DNA of 63,973 nucleotides, the filler included, from Diploschistes diacapsis (Eukaryota): the NCBI GenBank assembly GCA_023645945.1. It is 6 parts of 6 records of this genome, joined end to end, with 100 filler letters (N's around TTAATTAATTAA, not from the genome) between each part and the next. Parts side by side here need not be neighbours in the genome. Positions count along the whole stretch, not along the records: positions 1 to 10,697 come from JALAIB010000901.1; positions 10,798 to 21,473 come from JALAIB010000902.1; 4 more parts are not named here. The stretch is one strand, 5' to 3'. Shown here in pieces: positions 1 to 11,575 of this stretch. Positions within the stretch are counted from its first letter, which is position 1; each line of letters opens with the position of its first letter. The notes beneath the pieces were generated by a model that saw only the letters and a list, made by a program, of their open reading frames with translations, was not told the origin of the DNA and searched no databases. A program made the position numbers and the translations under genes.

Positions 1-22
1 TCTGTGTACACTGTCTGCGATC

Positions 23-901
23 ATGTCTGAGCCGGGCGTACCAGGTGCTGACGAGCCTGACGCTCCTGGCACTGAAGATGAGCCTACACCACCTGGAATG
101 GAAGAAACAGAAGAGGACAACAATGACGCGACGGCAACAACAGCCAGCGCTGCTCCTGAAGAGGGAGCTGTAGATGGCGCTACTGCTGCCACGACAGCGG
201 CGCCTTCGGCCGATGCAGCAGCCACTTACCAGTACTACGATCAGCAAGCGACTGCAGCATACCCAGGCTACGGTGAACAGTACGCAGGATACGATCAGTA
301 CTACGGATATTGGCCTGGCTATGGCGATGCCACCGGTACGTAGCCTCGCACTGTTGCACCAAAGGCTTCATTTCCCCAAGAGGTGTTCAAACTTGCATTC
401 AGATTCACCAATAGCTGGAGAAGCTGGTCCTGGCTAAGACTTTGCATTCGCTCTTGCTGAAACTATGCCATGTGCCTCAGGGCTGTTGACTCAGCTTCCA
501 GTCTGCAACAGGTACAGATGGGGGTAACTCAACGTGGCTATGCAGCTCAAAGATAAGATCACACAAACGTAGCTGGCCAACTGATGCTTTCAGGTTACGA
601 TCCCTACGCTGGATATTACAACCAGGATGGCACAACCTATGCGTATGACCCAAACACCTATGCAGCCCCTGCAACATCGGCCCCTGCAGCTGAACCTGGT
701 GGCCTTGTACCTGCTGCCACAGAGGTTGGGCCAGACTCAACAACAGCAGCTCCAGTTGTAACACTGCCGCTGATTGCTACAGCAACAACCCCTGTAGATG
801 CTACTCCTGTTGCCACTGCTGCTGATGCGGTGGCTGCTGTCCCTGCTGCGGCGGAGGGGGAGGGGGTTGTTGGTTTGCTTGCTAAGACGGACGGTCAGTG
901 A
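23..901 (+). CDS. Low-complexity acidic/Tyr-Gly/Ala-Thr-Pro-rich hypothetical protein, 2 exons (23-335, 594-901)
   Basis: ORFs 23..343 and 584..901 share YxGYY composition. An intron at 336-593 (GTACGT...CTGAT...CAG) joins them in frame (G|GT TAC GAT CCC TAC). Confidence 0.6.
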
Positions 902-1773
902 TTGATGCGTGAGGTAGCTAGCATGCTGCTTGGGAGGGAAGTGCAGGGGAAGATGGAAAGAGAGACGTACGGGATCTTTGTCGGCCATGGTGGTCTTCGG
1001 ATCTGCGGATGGTGCTTGTTGTTTGCCTTGGGTGTTGATGGATGTGAGATTGAGGATAGTTGAACTGCCAGTGTAGGGATGGAATGTTGAGTTTAGAGAT
1101 TGGCTGCGTCATCGCGAATCCCCCAGTCTTTTGAGCCGCACGTTTTCTCGGACCGTTTGTTTAGCCGATAGTCAAGGAAAGTAGCCTTGGCGGCCTCGGC
1201 ACACAATTGTCTTAATGCTTCTCACCGTCTTACTACTTTTCTTTGAAGGCTGTCTTACTTGAGAATCACGCTTGAAACGTCAACTGGGCGATGTGCCGAG
1301 TATAGTAACCATCTGTCGGATCTCGATTGTGTGCTCTGAACCTATTGACAGATTAGCAGCATCCTGGAGCTACAACGATACAATGAATGTTTCATGACAT
1401 CCAAAATCAAACGAACAGCTTGTTCGGCCAAATCTCCACTACTGGCGGAAACCGTGCCTTGACAATCACGCTCGACTGCTGTCATCGCGCAACCTTTGGA
1501 AGCTAGCTTGTTGGTTGAGGGGCGCTATTCGGAGGATCTTCAGGTGTTGCTGTCACAGCCACCCTAGCCTCGAATACAGACACATCCGCAACCGTTGATC
1601 AGAGCCCAAAAACTCCCTCAGCATTGAGCTTCGCTTTTGCGCCCCAACAGTTATTGATAGATCTTAATCTATGATTTTGACGATTTTTATAGAGTGGCCT
1701 TTCCTGGGGTTTTGGAAGGACAGCAACCCTTGTGTACAGCCAATCATCAATTGTCTACACTCACACCATTACC

Positions 1774-1801
1774 AACAGGAACAGGAACAGGAACAGGAAC
1801 A
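1774..1801. repeat. (AACAGG)n hexanucleotide microsatellite, about 4.7 units
   Basis: Read directly: aacaggaacaggaacaggaacaggaaca. Confidence 0.9.
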
Positions 1802-2031
1802 TTTGTGTAGCAGGCGGAGGTAGGTTGTCCTTGTGCATCAGCTGGTGATAGATTATTCATGTCCAAGGAGCTGTTCATTAGTCTTTTTTATCCTTATAGC
1901 TCCCTTTCAAAGCTTGAACTTCCTTCTCTAGATCTTCCTATACCTCGTAATGGTGGTAGCTGATAGGCGAATTTCCAGATTATGCGTTTCAGATACAGTC
2001 TACTGTCATGTTTTCTAGTCCTTGACCTATA

Positions 2032-3419
2032 ATGCTATATCTCATTATACTACTATCTATTTTGCTCTCGCGCACTGCTGCGCAGTAGCAGATCTCCTTT
2101 AACACTTCTCGGCCGATTGGGACCAGATGTCCCAAGGCTACCTATCACTCTACGACCGGGACTTCCTGTACAGTTCCTGGACTTCTATCCGACATTCGAT
2201 GCTTCGACAAACTGGGTTTTTGGGTTACAGAATTGCCAGAATGGAAGCCAACAGTGCCCGCCCCCTATGCCAGATTTCTATGATTCCACACAACGGAGTG
2301 CAGTCAATAGCCCTCAGCTACCAGCGATGGTGAACTCTTCGGAGGTGCCATTCGAACAGATCTATGGAGCGACTGGACATCTTCTTAACGCCAGTACGAG
2401 CTTCGGTCATTGGCACGAAGACTCTATTGCAATCGATGAGAAAGGAGGGCTAAGCTTCCACTAGGCTCCTGGCCAAAGCCAGGTGATTTCCAACTATAGC
2501 AATGCCGATTTTCCTGGCGGAGCAAGCTATGTTCCTATCTCCTACTTTACTCTGGATCCAGTGAACCTGTAGCTTCCGAGCTCTCAGAATGTGTCTTCAC
2601 CATTCAACGGTTCTTTTTTTGGGACACTGATGAGCGACATGTTGCTCACAAGCCATCTCAAGTCTCCCTCATGGAGCATGCTCATTGATTGGCTCGCATG
2701 CTCAGAGAATCGACGGTTGATTGGTATTAGGAGCGTACGACGAAGCTCGCGTGGTTGGGAAACCAACCGCATATCCTAACAGTAGCCTTCCTCTGTCGCA
2801 GATTTCGTATGCATCAGGTGCTGGTAGCTACAATTTGACTAGCGAACAGCTCAGTAAACATTACCTTGAAGCAACGGGTAATGGATCAAGTGTTCTGAGC
2901 ACCGACCTCAAGACTCCTTAGGGCAAACGTTGCAGCTGCTACCTCTGGAGTTGATCGGGAAAGTACAAGTGCAGCACTGCCAAAATACGCAGAAGAAACA
3001 AACTCTCGGGTTAACGTTTCACAAATCCCCTTCCACGCCGCGTTGTCTCCCATTAGCGATCGCTGATCTCTGTCATGGTGAGCCACCACGGTGTCAATCT
3101 GGCCAATCACTCGCACAGGCTCTGTCAATTCATGTATGTATGGTAGTGCACCAGGGAGAGGCGGCGGCAGATACGCTCCTCCGAATTTTGGCCTGGAAAG
3201 ATAGGCCTTGGCGCTGCCTTTGGGGCCCCAGTGGACGACCACAAATCTGTGAGGCAGGCCAGGTTCGTTGAAACATTTTCCGAAGAATACGGATTGTGGG
3301 GTGCTTTTGAGGCTGCCAATAGCGTAGATATCTCGCTTCTCCATTCGGCCCATGACATGAAGAGCACCACTAATCTCGACGGCGCTCGACTGCCCAGCAA
3401 CGGCGATACTAGGCAATAG
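2032..3419 (+). pseudogene. Degraded secreted peptidase A1 (aspartic protease)-like gene
   Basis: Signal-peptide-like start MLYLIILLSILLSRTAAQ followed by TAG. Motifs GPDVP, PSWSM and LVLGAYDEARVVG resemble fungal A1-like proteins (GPDGPW, SLVLGGYDxxRVxG) but lie in different frames, with several in-frame stops. Confidence 0.5.
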
Positions 3420-5929
3420 TAGTGCGTTATAGGTGAAAATATCCGGTTCAAAGCTCTCGAGAGTTGGCCAAGTTGACCCATGTTAACGGCCAAGAAAGGA
3501 TGAGAGAACTGCGACGTGATCTGGGGCGCGAAAAACTTCGAGCGCATGGTTTTCTGACCACAAGTTGATGATCTTGATCATCTTGACAATGTCTGCAAAC
3601 GTCGCCGCCTTTGTGAACATGGACTGTGCCTCATCCGAAGTCCACTTCAGGGTGCCAGCGAAATTATGATAAGCTGAGATAATCTCACTACTTCCTTTTC
3701 TCGCCTTGAGGCAACCACAGCTCCACATCTATGTATTCTGCGCCCCACTAAATCGCTCTGGGGAGGAAGCTGTAAAACAGCTTCGGATCGTCCATTGGAA
3801 ACCTACCATTCTCCTTTGTGCATGTTGTCGTAAAAATGAGCGGGAGCTCACTGCGCTGTCGAAGAAGCATAACCTGCTCTCCCACATATTTCACGCTGGG
3901 GATTTTGTTGAAGCTACCGTCTGGTAAAGGCTTCCGCAGCAGATCCACCCTCAACCCTACTGCGTCTGCTCCAACGGTTAAGATATCAAGAGTAGATAGA
4001 GCGGCCCTCACGTCTGGAAAGGTAGTGGAGAGTAGGTTGAAACTCTCTTTCGCCGAGAGCCGTTCATGGACATTGGTCTGACCGAGGACGTGCGAGAGAA
4101 ACCCAGTAAGATCACGGCGGAAAAGGGGGCTCTGAAGGTAGAGAATTTCGTGGCCACGCCCATCAGCGAGTTCGGGATCTGTGGCTGTCTTGTCGTCTAC
4201 GCAGTGGGGTGATGATCACCAAGGTATCGGATTTTTCTTGACGGAAAAACTTCTCCAGGCATCCCGTTGCCGATATAGCCTATGATGCTTCGCGCCCCGC
4301 CCGTCCTTGGCGTCAACGAAGGAAGAGACCCTTTGTCCGATCTGTTGGGAAACCAGTACAATCGTCTCGAGATCCGGGACAGGGAGCTGCATTATCTTGC
4401 CGGACATTTCTGGCTTGACACCGAAACCGGTGAAGTAGTCGGTGGGCCGACAACGGCGTCGATAGCGGGCTGGTGACACTGCACGGTCCCTTTGGGAGGT
4501 GGTATTATTATTAAGTGCAGCTGTTGCTCAAGCTTTCACAAACTATGTCAGGGGACACACATATCCATTACCGATCGGGGCGCCAACGGTGAGAAGACTT
4601 GTAGAGGCAGAAAACAGAAAACAGCCCCCTCCGCAGGACAGCATTGGAACTGGTGTACGAGGGCCTGGATGAAGAGGAAAGTTACTTCCCAATGACCTTC
4701 GGCTCAAGATGCCGTGCAACAACCAGACCAGACAGGGCGGCGATGCGCCAAAGATTTAGCGGCCTGGTTGCGATCCGAGGGAGAACTCCAGCCCCAGGTA
4801 CAAGCAAGCCCTGGGCCCAAAATGGGAGGCAAGATCACGATTAAGCTTTCGAATTGTGGCAGCCGTGGTAACAAAAAAGATATGCGAGAGGAATATAACT
4901 GCACGCATTGCAGGGGCATATCTGTTTAATTTTTTTTTGGTTTTTGGTTTTTTTTTTTTTGGGGGCCTGGAGGCTGGCATTGGCTGGAAAGCAAAGGTTA
5001 AAAGGATTGGGAGAAGGGGAAAAGAAAAGGTTCAAGTTGTAGAAGCTGCCTCACAGAAAAAGCTCCCCGGAAAAGTATTGTGGCGTACAGTAGTAGTGGT
5101 TTTTGGCAAGTGCCCAGTAGAATGCGCTTGTTGGGGGTGGTGGTGGTGTTATGACTTGAACTTATCCAGACTCCTAGAGGGGTTGAGAACGCGCGCAAAG
5201 TTTTCTTCCGTCTGTCTTCTTCTGCGTACAAGCCCAACGGGGCTTTGTGCATTAGGGAAAGAGACAAGACCGTACCTGGAAGTTGTTAAATACGGGGAAA
5301 ACAACTCGAGATAAAAACGCTGTGACATCCGAGAGACAACAACGAAAGCGAAAGAAAGGCACCCGCCGCTGGAAGATTGCACAGGGCCTCCCCCCCCCCC
5401 CCCATCAGCCATGTTGCATTGATCGTCTGTTCATCTTATATTATATATACACTTGGGTCCACTTCATCTGCCTCTGTATCATTTTTGGCCAACCTTTCCA
5501 AGCCGTGGGCCATCCTCCCGTTTTTCCAATACCAATCGATCCATCCAGAACACGCGCCATGGTGCTGCCCATTACACTTTGAAATTCATGAGTCACATTA
5601 AAAATTCCTGGTTCCCCGGCCTTGCTGGTCTCAAAAGAAGATAACTTCGATAATTGATAAAAAGAAAGAAATGTTGCACGTGGAGCGATCCACGGGTTAT
5701 CTGTTGTGGGTATAATTCGCAAACAATCGTAAAGCTGCCGTTCAAAAGACATATCATGTTTCGAGCTAGCGCGTCGGAGCATATCCAGTCGAGCTCGCAT
5801 GCGGTAATAGAAGGACGTTTTGACCCCCCTTTTCCCCAAAAGAAAGAACGCCATAATAGGTGGCCATAAGATGGCGGACTTTACGGGGAAAGGCCGATGG
5901 GTGTGCGCACACGGAGATTATCGTGACCG

Positions 5930-8900
5930 CTACCGCCACGAGATCCCCATGAACTCACCCTCGCGTTTTTGAAGCCGAGAGAGTTGAGAGCCAGCGGATG
6001 CTACGGCCGTCAAGGTAGGCCTACTCGCCACCTGCTCACGCGGTTCCAGCAGGCAAGATCGGCGGTACATTTTGTTGACCGAGCTTTCGCCAGAATCGAC
6101 AGAAGAACGCACACGAACGAATTGCTCCTGCAGCCAGGCTTGGAGTTCCGAAACCTCCTGCAACCAGTAAGGCAACTGGAAACGTTGAAGGTCCGAGATG
6201 ATCTTGGCCGTTTTGAGATGCTTGTCAAAGTTGATGACGGTAGTGTGCGCATCCTGGCCGGAGAGAGAAAGCTTGCGGGTGGATGAATTTCCGGCGTCGA
6301 CAAATGTGAGGTCTGTAAGGTACATGCCAACAAAAGGGAGACAAGGAGGCACGGCAATCAAGAGACGCTGGCGCAACACTATGTAGTTCCTTGAGCAATC
6401 CACAGTAGACTTTAGATGGTTGAAAGATGCCTTGGTCTTGGATGAAAGACAATCCCAGGTACGTTTCAACCTCAGAATTGGAGTACTGTTGAGAGAGCAG
6501 ACGATGGCTATTACCGAATCGTAGTTGTTGAGATCCAGGCACTTGTTCGCAATTTTAACCCAATGCTTGATAATCTTCGCGCGTTTGCTATGATCTTCGA
6601 ACTGCAGAACTGTATCGGCGACCAAGTTTGTCATGTCTGTAGATAGTGTTGACATGGCGCGGACATTGTGGGCCACCGAACCACTCTTCTTTGTCCATTC
6701 GGCACCCAGAAGCTCTTCTGGCAGGATAGAGCAGAAGAGATTCGAGGCTTTGACAGTCAATTGCCTTGCTAGTTCCAAAGGCTCAAAGTCCAGTATGGTA
6801 GGATGACCTGCGCCATTTTTCCATGACTTCAGGAGTCCGAGTTGGCCTTTGCTTATGACTGGGAGCGGGAACGACGTATCTTCACCTTGTTGCGGAGACA
6901 CCGCGGCCGTCCTTCCCAGGGATGCAAAATTTCGAGGCACAGGGGGCATCTGAGTTTCAGAAACCTTTCTGGTCAATTCTAAAAGCCTGTTAGAGGCACC
7001 CGGTTGTGAGCGCGCCAGCTCGTTGAGAGCGAAGGATTCCACAACGGGCAAGGCCGTGCTATCACAATCATGACGCCAGTGGGACTCGAGCCATCCTTTG
7101 AAAACGTTGTACACGCGCAGTGTCACCGCTCCCGATGCCAACTTGTCGTGGCTGCAATAGTTGAACCTTTCAACGAGCGCAGACGCAACCTCCATGGCAG
7201 ATGAGAAGAGTCGAAACGTCAGATAAAAGGTTGAAACGAAAACAGCATCAGGGCGGGCGTCGCTGGATGTCAGCCGTTCGATCAAGGCTGGCAGTGTTCC
7301 GCCCGTAATCTGACCATTTTTGTTAAATGCAAGCTCGTGCGCGAACGTCTTTCGCATCACGTTCGCCTCAACTTCTTCGATATCTCCCTCGGTCGTTGCC
7401 AACAGTGGAAGCACTGTATTAGTCGGAGATAAGATGGTGGGAGAATCAGTCAAGGTCGATTCGGAAGAGTGTGGACTCGCGATTGCCCAAACGCTGGCGT
7501 TCATTTCCGGATTGCATGTCGCGAAGGTGCTACCACTCATTGGATTTGGCGGCTCCCCGCCATCTTTCCTTGCTTGGAACGGATCGTCTTGAAACCCTAG
7601 TGCACCAGAATTGGATGTTGCAGACAGGGGACTGAAATCCGCCAGAGAAGAAACCGAATCTGTGAGAGAAGGCGGTGGAGGTAACAGCGAAGTTAACGAT
7701 GAACGGTCAACCGTTGATGGGATAGTATCACTTTGCAACTCGTAGCTCATTGTAGTAGATGTTAGGTGCTCGGTATGAGGGTAATTTGGCGAGCAAGGAG
7801 TGGAGCCCGTACTAGCGGAGCTATCAGGTGGCATCGGAAACTGTTGCATGAGCGTGGAGTTTCTTTCTTCACGCGTCTCTTGCGGGAATTGCTCGGCAGA
7901 CTGAAAATCAACACCGGAAAAGGCGGATTGCAAACCGATCGTCTCAAACTCAAAGTCTCCTATGCTTTCGAGAATCCTCCGTGTAGCATCGACGCAGTCG
8001 CCTGCTCCCTTGACACAGGACATTGCGGCATCGGATAGAGATTTCCTATCTTCGACGTTGAAGTCTTCCTTTTCGCTACCATCGAGGGGTTGGAAGACCT
8101 GTTGTGCGGCACGAACCAGGTCAGTCACTCTCGTGTACATGGCATCTCGTTTCTCCTCCAAGCCTTTGGACTGACACAGACCACGATCCCACACGGCTTC
8201 TACCACAGTCAGGAGAGACCTGCCAGCATTAACAGCCTGCTGAGTGTTCACGAGAACTTCCACCGGAGTCCTAGTGATCAAGTGAATTCCAAGAAACACG
8301 CTTAAATAAGAGAGGAAGATTTCATTGGCAGAAATCAGCCTGTAGGACGCAAGCTTGTCGTTGCGGATGCCAGCCGGCTTTGTCAGCCACGACACTCGGT
8401 GCGACACTGACTGCCTCTTTGCTTGCCCTGTGGTTAGAAGCTGGGGACTGCTTTGCAGGCATGCTGGCAGACAAGGAGATGGCTTGGTCGAAAAAGAAGT
8501 TGATGTTTCTGTCCGATCGGGACGTGAGTTTTTGTTTTGTTGCATTTCAGAATCCTGCCGCACAAGCCCCGTCATCGGATCCCCCGGGGTCACGTGATCG
8601 TCCATGCTTCTTTCCGCCATGATAACCAGAGGCTTTTCGTGTTTACTTTTTTCCACGCAGTCAAAGTACCTCACTTCTGATGGAGGAGTAGGTGGTCGGC
8701 CAATGACATGGTCGGAGAATCTCGAAGTGCGGACATCCTGGTTCGTCACACATACTTGGAGCCAAGAGTCGTAGAACCTAACCGCGCGAATTACGACTTG
8801 GAAAGTGCTCAGCACTAGCTGACTGCAGTCCCCTTCATCCAGCGCTCCAAGACTCGCTTCCTCCATTTTCGCTTCACATACTTTCGATATCCTCACCAAC

Positions 8901-9649
8901 GCCGAAAGGTCCGACAACAATGACTTACGATGTCGCTGCAGTCCGGTGTGGCTCATGGATCCAGCAGGAACCACGTCCTCGCGTTTGAGGCATTTTGTCC
9001 GGACCTACGGTCGGTCAGCATCTGCATCTTTGTTCTCCCCTTTGGTTGGGATATGGCTGGGCCTTACGAGAAGGTGCCTGACGCCGGCAATGACACCGCG
9101 CATGAGATCCGGGCAACTAAGCAGCGCAGGCCGGCCATCACAACAGTCCTTGGTCGTATCCCACAGAGTCGTTGTTCCTTTCATCAAGCTCTGCAATGGT
9201 TCAGGCTCAAAAGGTTCGCAATAATTGGTAGGTAGCCACCCGCGGCGGCCGGAGTCGAGCAGGGTGCCGTCGGCCCAGCCGTTGGAATGGATAGAATGTA
9301 CCAGGACGATATCGCCTCTGTTCAAGGGAAGGGTCACGGTCGACGGGTCGGGGTCGCATGGGGGATGATAGGGATAGGTGGCGCGCAGATAATCATAAAA
9401 GTGTACGTTTTGTACAATCGCTGAGGGGTGCAAGTCCTCGTTGGAGGTGGCCGGCGTAAGTGGAGGCGTCATCTCACTGATACGGAGGTGGAGCGAACTC
9501 GGGCATTCTTTAGGGAAGAGATCATGTGCATTCGATCTTCGGGCGTGGTTGCTCTTCTTCTTCATCATCCGCAGCGGCTGAACAGGCACCTCGGATGCAG
9601 ACATGTCGGTAAAACAGGATTCTGAATCGGCAAGGGTGCCCATCAGCAT
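5930..9649 (-). CDS. SH3-REM-RasGEF guanine nucleotide exchange factor (Cdc25/Bud5-like); exons approx. 9649-9068 and 9004-5930
   Basis: N-terminal SH3 (LVHSIHSNGWADGTLLDSGRRGWLPTNY), REM domain (GGTLPALIERLT...FYLTFRLF) and CDC25 domain (LELARQLT, LNNYDS, PCLPFVGMYLTDLTFVDAGN, INFDK). Intron 9067-9005 (GTAAGG..CTGAC..TAG) joins the two ORFs. Start could be 9649, 9643 or 9604. Confidence 0.92.
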
Positions 9650-10697
9650 GCTACCGCAACGTATGAAGGTGGTCGAAATGGACGTCGAAATTTGCCGAGC
9701 TTCGCGGATGCGACAGTCAACATGGACGGCGACGAGCCACAATTGATAGCGACGGGTGGTTTCTCTTTCCTCAAGACTGCGCGAAGATTAGCGAGCGCTC
9801 ATACAATTGTTTATTCCCAGGTTCTGGAATGCAGACGTTCGCCAAGGTTTTGTTTTGAGTGTGTCAGGGCTGCGTGCATACCGTAACGGACGACCTCATT
9901 CCAGACATGACAGTCGAGGATTGAAGGTAACTGCGTTGAGAAGTAAGGAAGGAGCTGATGGCTTGAGCAGGCAAGGGTGAGTCCCGGAGGTATGTATGTA
10001 CAGCTGAAAAAGACACACTCGGTAGATGGACGATGGGGGAATCAGTGCTCCGCAATAGGAAAGAGGCACCAGATTGACTTTTTGATAGTGCGGTGCGAAT
10101 TATTGAAAGAAGAGGTTTTCGATCAGAACAATGATGAAATGGATCTTCCCAGTACGAAATACAAAAGAAAGATTGCAAGCAATGGGGCGACAGCAATGTG
10201 ATCGACGTGGAGTGGAGCTGCTCATTTTTCTCAAGCTTGTGCTCGAGTCCCCAACTTTTTACAGGGAGGCCTCGCAGTTTCTCACAGGAACGAGCATCAC
10301 CCTTGTAAAGATGTATGGGAGATGCTGGGGCCGTTGAACGTCAGGGTTCGTTCGTTCGGGGCTAGAAGTCTTACTGTGTAGAAGAAAGAGCGTTTCATCC
10401 AGTCAGCACGAGCGGAACGTGGAGTGGCGCCAGACTGTGTCTGTTGGACGCACCAGAGTGGGCAGAACGAGCTTGATGGGGCAGGCCGGAGTGCCAGCCA
10501 GCCTTTTGGGGGGCCCAGTGGGTGTCCATGTCAAGATATTGACTACTTTTCCAAGACTTATTTATTTTATCCTATAGTAACTTAACTTAGTGCCAACAGC
10601 TATTCGTAGTACTTACGAGCCCTTGAGTGTTTGAAAATGCAAGGACCGGGGACTATGGGCCAAGGGAGGACAGCCTACTACTAGATACCAGTAGTGT

Positions 10698-10797
10698 NNN
10701 NNNNNNNNNNNNNNNNNNNNNNNNNNNNNNNNNNNNNNNNNTTAATTAATTAANNNNNNNNNNNNNNNNNNNNNNNNNNNNNNNNNNNNNNNNNNNN
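10698..10797. other. Artificial contig linker (N44-TTAATTAATTAA-N44)
   Basis: Exactly 100 nt, with a six-frame stop linker; identical at five sites. Confidence 0.97.
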
Positions 10798-11575
10798 CTA
10801 TCTATCTATTTATTTATCTATTAGCAGTAAAGGGGGAGGCGGGCCGGCCCGTAGGTGCCCCGTAGGTTTGTTGGTAAGCGAATCGAAGCCATCTTTTTTC
10901 TTCCACTCCCCTTTTTTACTGACAATACTTGTAGATTAGATTGGATTAGATTAGATTAGTCGCCACCACGCAACTTGCGCGTCGAGAGGGAAGGTGGAGA
11001 AAAGTCGGAGTGCTACATTCATTCACTCGATACGCGAATACACACGAATACACACGGAATAGATGCTGGAGTAGGGAGGCAGGAGTAGGAAGTGCGCGGT
11101 GGCGGTGAACTTTGGGTGCGAGTAATAACGGGAAGCTGGACTTTCTATCTGCCACTGCTGCTGCCCTCGCCGTTTGAAATGGGGTAAAATCTGCTGGAAC
11201 GGTGATGGATGTGTGGGCGAAAGAAGGGGGCAAAGCAAAAAGAAGGGTTGGAAGTTTTCAAGACTTTCCGGGATATTTTCATCTTCCCGTTATGGGAAAG
11301 GATAGAGGAGGGGCTGATGCCGCTGTGCCGGGAAGGCCGGGATGTCTGGGAAGACGGTGTGCAAGTACAGATAACAGTAGATAATTCTTGGGTGGAGCAC
11401 GTTTCAACGCTTGCTGCAGATTTCCCTCTGTGGGTTTCCATGACGCTGTGAGGCCCCAAGACCTGGGGCAGACCTGCGGTGCTGCTTGCAGGCCACGGCC
11501 CTCAGCGCTCAGCAAAGTCCTCTTTTGCTCCCGATAGTGATGTAGTGTAATACAAATTCATAAAGGCCCAAATCG

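Noticed and set aside
2032..2600. A-to-I editing rescue of TAG stops in the protease-like gene
   Set aside because: Frameshifts are also present, which editing could not repair.
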